Source: Selaginella moellendorffii
Taxonomy: Eukaryota; Plantae; Lycopodiophyta
Length of the DNA: 64,000 nucleotides
NCBI RefSeq assembly: GCF_000143415.4
Contig: NW_003314276.1
Coordinates: 1,013,434-1,077,433, forward strand
Direction of reading: 5' to 3'
The notes beneath the pieces are model-generated. The model was given only the letters and a program-made list of their open reading frames with translations. It ran no database searches and had not been told where the DNA came from. A program made the position numbers and the translations under genes. Below are positions 48,626 to 64,000 of the stretch, piece by piece (positions within the stretch are counted from its first letter, which is position 1; each line of letters starts with the position of its first letter).

Positions 48626-50784
48626 ATGGAGAACAGCTCTTGCAGCAGGTAGAGAGGTTTCTACGTTTGATCTGTCCTGACGATGTCTTTCCAGGTGCAA
48701 AGCTTTGGGATCTCTCCAGTTCTTCAAGGTCTATGCTGGTCACAGCCATCTCGCGTTCCACAAGGTCGGTTTGTTTTCTTCCTGGCGACGGAACAAAAAT
48801 GAAAAAGCTTGGTTGTTTGTGAGCAGTGTTTATTGGCTTCGAAGAGTGGATACCTGTCGAGGGTCTTGAAGAATTCTTCTCGGTTCAAGCTGCCCATGGA
48901 TTTTCCAGGAGGAATGGAAGTGTTTGAGGCGGTGGTAGGCTTGTGTGAGAGCAACACTGGCAGCAGGACCAATGCCGCCACCAAAAATCCGCTTTTGGAA
49001 CCGTCCAACGTTGCCATCCTCCACTGCGCGGCCGAGTACCTGGAAATGAACAGCGGAGCAGGAAGCCTGTGTGAGACAACGAGCTTTCACCTCAACCAGG
49101 CACTCACAAGTTGGTCGGACTCCATCCAAGTTCTCTCGAGTTGCTACTCCGGACAGCCCGAGTTGCTACAGCTCGCCGAGGAGCTCTTCATCGTCCAAAG
49201 ATGCGTCGAGTCGCTGGCTTCGATGGTTTGCAGCGAGTTTGAGCAGAGCTGGATCATGGGCAGCAGCAGAGTCACAGCCAGATCGAAGCTCTGGATCAAG
49301 GACTTGATGCGAATGCCTTTCAGGATCTTCAGCCGGATCATCGTGAGTTGCACGAAGCAGGGACTCTCTCCCAAGAACACGAGCCAGCTGGTGGTCAAGT
49401 ACGCAGAAAAATGGCTCTTTTCTGAGAGCTGCTGCTCCGACTTTGACGAGAACGACGAGCAGCGATCCCTGACCGACGAGCTCCTCCAGGAGATGCTCGA
49501 TTGCATCGCCCACCTCCTCCCATTCGAGAGAGGCGCGGTGCCAATCAGCTTCCTCTTCGCGCTGCTCAGATACTCGGTCGCGATCGATGCCCCGCGCGAC
49601 TGCCGCGTCCAGATCGAGAGCCGGATCGCCTGTCAGCTGGACCTGGCCACCATCGAGGATCTTCTCATGCCTTTCAAATCCGCCCGCCAGGCCCCGACGC
49701 TGCTGTGCGAGCTCGACAGCATGAAGCACGTCGTCGCGCTCTTCATGGCCCAGTGCCGGGCAGTGGATTCGAGCACCGGACTGGCCAACTGGGAGCCCAT
49801 TGCCAACGTGGCTAGGGTGTGGGACGAGTACCTGACGGAGATTGGATATTCTGGCAGCATCACGCCGACGAAGTTCGCGGAGCTCATTGATGCCGTGCCC
49901 GGATTCGTCCGCGTGTCCCACGACCAGCTCTACAAGGCCATCCACGTCTTCCTCAAGGTACTACCGAGAGCCGTTGGATCCCCGTGCTAATCTCGTGACT
50001 ATTCCGTGTGTGGTAGGCGCATCCCACGGCTTCCCAGTCGGAACGCTCGGCGATTTGTCGGCCGTTGGATTGCCAGAAGCTCTCCCAAGAGGTTTGCATC
50101 CATGCCGTCCAGAACGAGCTCATGCCGCTGAGGACGATCGTCCAAGCCATGTTTGTCCAGCAGCACCACACGAGAAGAGAGATGGATCATCAATTCACGC
50201 GAGGCCCGACGCGATCCACCAAGAACAAAGGCGTCGATCATCTCGATCTCTACGAGCATCATCAAGCGGAAGGGGGATGCGAGGAAATCCTGCCGTTCCT
50301 CGCGAGCTTGAAGCGCGAGAGAGACGATCACGACTTGAAAGCCAATCTGGAGGTGACAAATTCGAAGCTCGAGAGCCTGGAGCAGCAGCTCTTGATGATC
50401 CGGAGAGCCCTGGAAGAATCGAGCCACATTCCAGCGGCGGCAGCGGCGGAAAGATCAAGTAGCGGCGGCGTTGGGCGAAAGATCTCCAAGGCGATCCACA
50501 AAGTAGGCCTCTTGAGCGGCCTCTGCAAGGGGAATCCCCAGATGATCGTGGCGATGAATCCCGCGGAGCGATGCTTTCCCAATCGCAGTATCATCCACCC
50601 CGAGGACTATCACCTGCTTGGCGGAGAATCCATCGCGCAAGCTCCTCCCCGGCGATCTACATCGTCCCGCGACGACGCCGCCACAGCAGCAGCATCAAAT
50701 CCCCTCGCCAAGAACGCACAATCCACAGCAAGGCGGCATTCCCATTCCCATTCCTCCCAATCTTCACGGTACTCCACGTCCTGA
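48626..50784 (+). CDS. BTB/POZ-NPH3 family (NRL) protein
   Basis: FHK/QCLLASKSGYL, DFPGGMEVFE, SNVAILHCAAEYLEM, WSDSIQVL, QLDLATIEDLLMP, SHDQLYKAIHVFLK/AHP and DCQKLSQEVCIHAVQNELMPLRTIVQAMF. Confidence 0.93.
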
Positions 50785-51533
50785 CCAGGAGAAGCCCTAA
50801 AAACAGCATGGTTAAAACCCTCATAAATAACTGCCTTGATCCCAGCCGTCCATCGCCGCATCGACGGTGGGGGATCCACCGGGAGAAAATAACGAGCCGG
50901 TGGACCCGAATCCGACGGTGCCGCGCGCGCCACGTCACTGGAAGACGGCCGACGGAGACGGCGAAAGGCGCCGGCGGCAGCACAAACATTCCCCTATTAG
51001 GGCCCTTCTATTGGGGTTGATTTTTATCGTGGAGAAGGCAAGGGCGCCTTAGGTCATCCTCGCTTTCGTGGGCAATCTAGGGCACGTATTCCCACCAGTT
51101 ATTAGGGTTTCGGATCCAGCGATAGCTCGGATTGGGGAACCGGGTTCCCATCCAGCAAAAGGCGCAAATTTCGATTTCGAAAATATTTCATCCTCTCCGC
51201 CTCGGATTCCCTCACGGCTGCGATCGATCGGCGCCTCCACAGCTGAAATTCTCGCCGCGATGCCGAGGTAGCGATTCGGCAGCTGGAAATCGCATCAGGT
51301 GAGGGGGTTCCTCCCGATTCTCTCCCTCCCGGCTGCCTTAGTTGGGGTTTAGGACTCTGGAGAGGCCTTCTTGCAGCATTTGTGTGGCTGGAAATCCATT
51401 TAGGCATTCTTTGCTTGACGAATATTTGGCGAGCTCCTCGATTCACTACACTATCAGCTTCAGGGCTCTTAAGAGTTTTTTTTCCTTCGATCCAGGTGGT
51501 GTGGGAGCATTTAATCGCCGCTGATACCTCCCT

Positions 51534-57708
<6,175 letters not shown>

Positions 57709-59425
57709 TCGAGCAGGGGAAGAGGATTAGCTTTGGGAGATTCTTACAACGGGGCGAGCAGCACGGAGAGAAAGAAGATCGCGCGGAATAACAAAACTAG
57801 AGATGGCCACACACACACAAGAAAAAAGAAATTTTTTGGGGATGCAAAAAGAGTCGCTTCGATCGAACGAGATGGTGATGACGATTTGCCGTGGTGGCCG
57901 AGAGAATTGTACAGGAGGGGGGATTGTCCATACAGGAGGAGAAAATGTAATGGAATTCCACATACGCAAAAGCTTGTATTTCTTGACAATCCTCGTCGAC
58001 AAAAGTCCTATTTTTTGTTCTTGTTCTTGTCAAGCCAGGCGTTGCTCTTTTCTTCGGTTGGAGAGAGCGTCCTGTTCTTGGTGGTACGCTGAAAAAACAC
58101 GAAGAACTTGAGATATCTTCGTTCCATTTTTTATCTTCTTTTTTATCAGAGATCGACAGTTTTTTTTTTCCTTGTGTACATCGAACTTAACTTTTGAAGC
58201 GTCCAGGGAAATAGGCCAGCTCGGCTTTCCTGCTACCTTGAGATGGCCATAATCACAGATCAAACTTGGGTGAGTTCGCAGAAAAAGAAAGAAGCCTTCT
58301 CTCATCCTGATCTTTTCTTTTGTATTTTACTTTTCTAGATGGCAACTTGAGAAACTTAAACGTGACCTTCACAACAAATGATGCTGTTGCTGCCGGTATG
58401 AGCTATCTTTCTCAAGACCTTTTCCTCCTAAGTCTTGCGTTGCTAATCCCTCTGTCCCGATGCTTAGGGAGAACACAAACTAATAATATCCAAGGATGTG
58501 AAGGTTCCCCTATATTGACTTCATAATCCTAACGAGAAGTATGGAACTTTTCCTTTCAGTTAACTTGATTTTGCAGAGTCTCTATAAACTCTGGCCAGAA
58601 TCCGTTTAGACGTGGAAGTAAGGTGAAGCGTGAGCCGCAGGTGAGACGACCATTTTGATCTGGTTCTTTTTTTGTAAACATTCCAGCATTTTGGGTGCAT
58701 ACTTGCTACTTTACAGACACCAAAGGTGAGAACGTTTTGCATTTCATGCAATCGTGTTCTAAGGCTGCGGAGAGCAGACCATACTTGAGCTCGAGCTGAG
58801 CTTGATTTTCAATTGTTTGCTTCAATTGTAATTTAGTATAAACATTATAAACTTTAAAATTTTAAGTTTATGGTGAACCTAATAATTTCATAACTCTTTA
58901 TATATTATATAGATAGAAATGTTCTAAAGGACACTTCTTGTTCTAATAATTTAAATATTTACTACATGCAATGATAGGGATGTTTGTTAGAACATAAAAT
59001 AAAATGTTTGCAAAAAGAGTATTCTTGTCACTTCTTTAAATTTGTATTTTGTGCTTTCTGGCTAGTAAATGTCAAGTTTGTCAAAAAATTTAAATTATTA
59101 AATTTGAATTAAGATTCTATATAAAGCCATAGAACCATTTGAAAGGAAAAAAAAACAACTATGATAGTACATATACTCTCGCAACACATTGAAACATCAC
59201 ACACCCGAAAGATTACCATGAAATATTTTTTGAGATGGTAAAGAAAAAAATAGAGACTTATGAATACTATGGGCAATATTGTGAAAAGAACACTTGCAAA
59301 AATATGAAATGAAAAGTGAAATAAAAAAATATTTTTATTAATTATATAAGGTATAATAAGTTTATATTATTAATAGAGAATAAACATTGATAGTGTTGGA
59401 AAATCTAATTACCTCCAAAAGTTTT

Positions 59426-60580
59426 CTACAACTTGGCAATAGTAAGGCTTGTTTGGTGTATATGAATATTTACTTTAGGATCCTGGTGTATGATGTTGAT
59501 GAAGATGTAATACATATGCTTGCAAGGAGCATATGCCTTCTCATGTTCCTCATGCTTAATAAAGTCTAGACATGTGCAAAAAGAAAAGTCTTGAATGGCA
59601 ATTATATACTCTCCACCTTTTGTTTTGACTATGTACTCCTTTGCAAGCGCAATGATGTACTTCGTGGAGAGAATCTCACACTCAAGTGTTTGAGCTAAGT
59701 TTATTTTACCTTGCTTCTACTTGGAGATGGTACCAATAAATTTAATTGACTTACCTTTTCTTGCTGGCCTCTTGTGCATCTCTGTAGGAATAGTCCTGGT
59801 TTTTTCACTCATGTCTCCAACTCTCTTTTCAAAATTGAAACAAGATTTCTCAAGGTTTTCAATATCATCTGAGGTGAGTGCAACCCCATTAGCAACCGGC
59901 CATTCTTTAGGTACTACATCAGGTTTAGTCACTATAGTGTCTTCAAGTTGCTTTGTATGGTTGATATCAATGTTGTAGCAATATAGCCAACACCATCTTG
60001 AAAATCCTACTTGCTTTCGTTCCCCATGGAAACATGGGGCTGGAATAGAAGTAGACTTGTCACCATGGATCCAAGCTCAACACTTGCCCCTTGAAAGCAT
60101 CCACATATACATTATATTTGATTTTGCTGGCACTTGACGGATTGCCCATTGTTTCAGCTCCATGCTACGATAAGCAATTTCAACCTGCTGTAATGCACTT
60201 TCTTCATCAGCCACTTGAGGTGGCTCGGTTTGGGGGCGATGTCTTGGAGTAGAATGATACTCAACATCAGGCCTGTGAGAGCTTTTTGCTCCAAGATCCA
60301 TGCTAACATCTTCATCAGCAAAGGAAAAACGACGTTTTGAGCGAATAGTCTTCATGTCACCAATAGAAGCCCAAAGAGTGTACTCCATAGATGTGTCGTG
60401 GACCACTTCCTCCACTGCAATTGCCACTATTCGTGCTGGTGGAGTCACTTTCTTCTTCATCCACTTGTGTAATATCTCAACCAAAGGTCCTATTCCCTGA
60501 GAATCAAGTTCTTGGAGCAGAAGGCATGGTAAAACTGAACAACCACTTCTTTCCATTTTCCATCGCTCAATCTTTTCCAT
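59426..60580 (-). mobile_element. Decayed SWIM zinc-finger ORF, probably a Mutator-like element relic
   Basis: One continuous frame of ~385 codons interrupted by TGA (60077-60079) and TAG (59717-59719). It ends YIIAIQDFSFCTCLDF..APCKHMYYIF (CxC-xn-CxH SWIM). Confidence 0.6.
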
Positions 60581-61037
60581 AAGTTTTATGAAGCAGTAGA
60601 GATGTACAACATGTTCTAGGAGCAGCCTACATTTCTGCTAGGCAGTGGCGATAGTGGCAATAGTAACGATCCTAGCGACGCCCATAGCGTTTAGTGTTGA
60701 AAGAGGACTCAGACCAATCTCATTGTAGCCACCCAATTCCAGAAGAGGGAAGACTTCCTTCACCACAGGAACCACAGGAAGTGCCAGATCGGCAGCATCC
60801 TAGGCATGGAGGTGGGTGATATGTTCTCGTGCCATGACAGGATCACTAGCATTGCCACCATCACCACCGTCGCCACTGCTCAGTAGTAATGTAAGCTGCT
60901 TTTGGAGTGTGTTGTGCACCATTACTACTTCATAGAATCTATAAAAAAGATTGAGAAAAAATGATTGATGAAAAATGGAAAAAAGTGGTTGTTCAGTCTT
61001 ACTATCTTTTTTACTCTAAGAACTTAATTCTCATGGG
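60495..61037. repeat. Degenerate inverted repeat, arms ~60495-60673 and ~60839-61037, spacer ~165 bp
   Basis: Left arm GAGAATCAAGTTCTT..ACTGAACAACCACTT..GCAGTGGCGA matches the reverse complement of right arm TCGCCACTGC..AAGTGGTTGTTCAGT..AAGAACTTAATTCTC. Confidence 0.85.
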
Positions 61038-61454
61038 CTCTATAGGCTTAGACTTGACAATTGTCATAGTGATCAACATACAAAAGAGCACCATTGAGCT
61101 CTAGGCCATGGCAAAATCAGCTGTGGAAGAAAGCTTTAGTACTACCTCCTCACCATGATTAACCAAGGAAACCTTTGCAGTCTCCACCAACACATCCTCC
61201 AATTTCAGTGCAGCTTGCCTTGAGTTTGAGCAATTTTCCACAAAAAGGTACACTCCTTACATGTGACTAGACCTTTAGTCTTCTTTTCTTCTGTTTTTAT
61301 TGGTGTCGTCTAAAAAATTAGAAAACAATGGAACACACATTCACGCGCAAACATGTTGCATCATTTTGTATGTATGAACTCTCAAGAGAACATAGAAGAT
61401 GTTATATGCTTGTGTTGAGCAAAATACAGAGCTTGTATCCATGCCCACACAGGT

Positions 61455-62514
61455 GTGCTAAGAGTGCTTGTTTCTGAAGCTGTCAAAGAAGTGATTGGGT
61501 TTGCCAAGTCTGCCATTCATTGCAAGGAGAAGTGCAGCGGGTTGGAAGATTCATTGACCGAAGCATCCGGGCAGCAGAATATTTCTTCATTTCACCTAGC
61601 AGCCGAGGGCTCTCTGAGCTCCTCACAACTGGATACCTCGCTGAAAGCCCTCAAAGCCAAGGTTGAAGAGGCTAGACCTCTTGTTCTTGAGTGCCAGTCT
61701 CTACAAAATCCCATTCTAGATGGCCTAAAGAGGTTGGTTGGTTGTGCTTCTCTTGGGATATTTCTGAATTGAGTTTGTGATTTTGTTTCAGGATAACACT
61801 TGCTACCAAGATCGAACACTGCTCCAAGGCGATCCATGGGCACTTGGCTGCAGCTTCTCTACATCTTAACGTTGAAATTCTGAACAGAAGAAGCAAAAGG
61901 AGGTGCTCTCTAATGTGGTTCCACAGGAAGAACAGCATGTTGTTCCTCTGGATAAGCACATTTTCGACATGGAAGAGATGCTAGAGCAGGTTGTAGCAGA
62001 CTTGCTGGGGTCCCCTATAAGCAGCAAGTGGGTTGGTGTCCATGGAGCAAGAGGTGCTGGAAAAATACTCCTGGCCAAACGAGTATGTGACAACGATCAA
62101 GTCAAGGGGTGTTTCGATCCAGTTTTGTGGCTACATTCGGTCACTCGTTTCAGGTACATTCCTTATGCTTATAATGCAATATATTGAGTAGCGATGGTTG
62201 TATCTCCTCAGGTGGAAGCAAAGCAACACGAACTTGCCAAAAGAATCCGACTAGAAGGAAATCAGATCAGCATTGAAACACTGAGGAGGGGGCTTGATGG
62301 GAAGAGATGCTTGCTGGTGTTGGATGATGTCTGGAAATTCATCCATTTGGATTTCTTTGATGTGGTGCAAGAGAATGGAAGCAAGATCTTCATTACCACT
62401 CGAAAACGTGATGTGCTTGACAGTAAAGGTGCAATCAAAACCGAAATGGCTCTTGGAAAAGGAGGAAAGCACTTACGGACATTGAGGATCACAATTATAT
62501 GTCTCTACTGGTAG
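61455..62514 (+). pseudogene. Truncated, frameshifted NLR-type gene: RPW8-like helical N-terminus + partial NB-ARC
   Basis: VSEAVKEVIGFAKSAIHCKEKCSGLEDSL, P-loop VGVHGARGAGKILLAK, kinase-2 CLLVLDDVW and RNBS-B GSKIFITTR. Frameshifts at ~61880 and ~62133; no GLPL, MHD or LRR. Confidence 0.8.
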
Positions 62515-62757
62515 CTAAAAATGGGTGTTTTACATGTTGCTTCAAGTATGTGTCTTTTATATGACGCTAATAGCAACACATCCTGAGCATGGTGAAGTGC
62601 TAGAAATTTAGATGCTAGATGGCGTTTTTTGAATTTTTTTCCTTATAAAACTCTTAGCCAATGTATTTGTCTTTTGGCTCAGATTTAAAGTTTTTTGAGA
62701 ACTTTACCTTGCCAACCCAATTTCTAGTTCATATTATAAAAAGAAACACAATACAAG

Positions 62758-63796
62758 TTATGGTAATAAAAGTGAAGGTGTAAATTCTACGAAATTTGCT
62801 AGATTGGAATTTTCCTGAAATGGGAAAGCAACTGCATCTGTAGTAGATAAATTCAAAATGGTTGTAGATAAAGACTTCTCCTCCACAAATAAAACAGCTC
62901 CATTCAAACATATAGCATTGGATTCTTTACCAACACCTTTAGCCAGATTTTCACCTCCAACATCACCACCTGTATCTCCTTGCATATACCATAGCTGCAT
63001 GCTGTTTTTGAATTGAGTGCAGCACAACACACCTGTCCGACCATGGCAGGAAACAAATAAACCATGATTCCTGTGTAGCCGCTCATCCCATGGCCAAGTC
63101 TGCTTTAATTCAAACCTCAACCCTTCCAAATCCAAAGTGAACAGACCGACATACTCTGGATCATTCAAATTCTTGTAGTGACCACAAAGCAGATACAAAG
63201 TAGCGTTGCCCACCATTTCCCCCATATTCTCCAACTGACACCATCCCAATGGTGTGCTAGCAGCCCTCCAGCATCCCAGTCTCGAGTTGTATACATGAGC
63301 TGTTGTAAACATTGTGTAGACACTTCTCACCTTACCTCTGATCTCAACTTTTTTTTCTTCACAAGAACGACTTTTTACAAAGCAGACTGTGTATTCCTTG
63401 AAGTCTTGACTGATGCCCATGTAAGAGGATGAAATCAGCCCTTTAGCCCTGAGATCTGGCAACGCTCTAAAGCATCCAGTGACTGGATTGCCTACTATTC
63501 AAAAAGCAGAGCAATCCACCAGCACTTCCTATAAGAAACCCCCCCTGTGGGCACGCTTCCATCTCTATCCAGTTGAAGGCGTTGCTGTTGTTAAATGGGT
63601 TGCCCCTGAACATCCTTCCGCGCAACGTGCCTGCAAGAACATAAGGAACAGCTGCTGGAATGCTTGCCTGTGCGTGCCGCACGCCAAACCCTGGGGAGTC
63701 GATCAATTCCCGCCACCGTTTGCACACTGCTCTCATCCGCCAGACATCGCGCAGCGGCAGCTGCTGCAACACCTCCTCCTCAATCACTTGATTCAT
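62758..63796 (-). pseudogene. F-box/FBA-kelch-type gene with a frameshift at ~63500
   Basis: F-box EEEVLQQLPLRDVWRMRAVCKRWRELI and SAGGLLCF in one frame; VGNPVTGCFRALP and VYNSRLGCWR in another. Confidence 0.8.
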
Positions 63797-64000
63797 TTGC
63801 AACCCCAGCGATCGTTCTACAAATTTCTAGAAATTTAATGTCTGACGTGGACTTTATGAGAAGTTTCGAGAAGCACATTTCGAGAAGTTCTTCTAGCTAT
63901 TTCCACTGGTTGAGAGTCTCCATGACAACGTCCCTTGATGTTCGGCAGTAGAGGCTAGCTGCTGTCGGGCTTCTCCAAGCGCACACCACCAAGCCTTGAG

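Noticed and set aside
49166-49945. 259-aa antisense ORF within the NPH3 gene (similarly those over MYB, RBM25 and CHR5)
   Set aside because: Shadow ORFs from codon bias.

Overview
Eukaryotic land-plant nuclear DNA, gene-dense with very short (~50-100 bp) spliceosomal introns. Land-plant genes (PRONE RopGEF, NPH3/BTB, MIXTA-type MYB, SPX-RING) sit next to a motile-cilium gene (CFAP100), which points to a plant with flagellated sperm, most likely the lycophyte Selaginella (inference). Apparently intact genes: RopGEF, FYVE-ankyrin protein, A-domain-less Toc159-family GTPase, MIXTA-like R2R3-MYB, RBM25, ADF, LSM12 (with an AT-AC U12 intron), a TPR protein, NLA/BAH1-like, SYT6-like, CFAP100, an NPH3-family gene and CHR5/CHD1. 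The most unusual part is 9.7-25.6 kb. It holds a ~6 kb tandem duplication joined at a 6-bp microhomology and is built mostly of decayed, intron-retaining copies of housekeeping genes (plastid RNase E/G, Deg protease PDZ fragment, DUF2232 membrane protein, U11/U12-59K). Each repeat unit carries an intact, intronless, secreted 'unknown domain + bulb-type lectin' gene, and the two copies differ at ~44 residues although nearby duplicated DNA is nearly identical. This is a candidate rapidly evolving defence or toxin-lectin system. The right end holds a decayed SWIM-finger (MULE-like) ORF, a ~190-bp-arm inverted repeat, a frameshifted RPW8-like/NB-ARC gene and a frameshifted F-box gene. All family assignments come from motif recognition by eye; no database searches were run.
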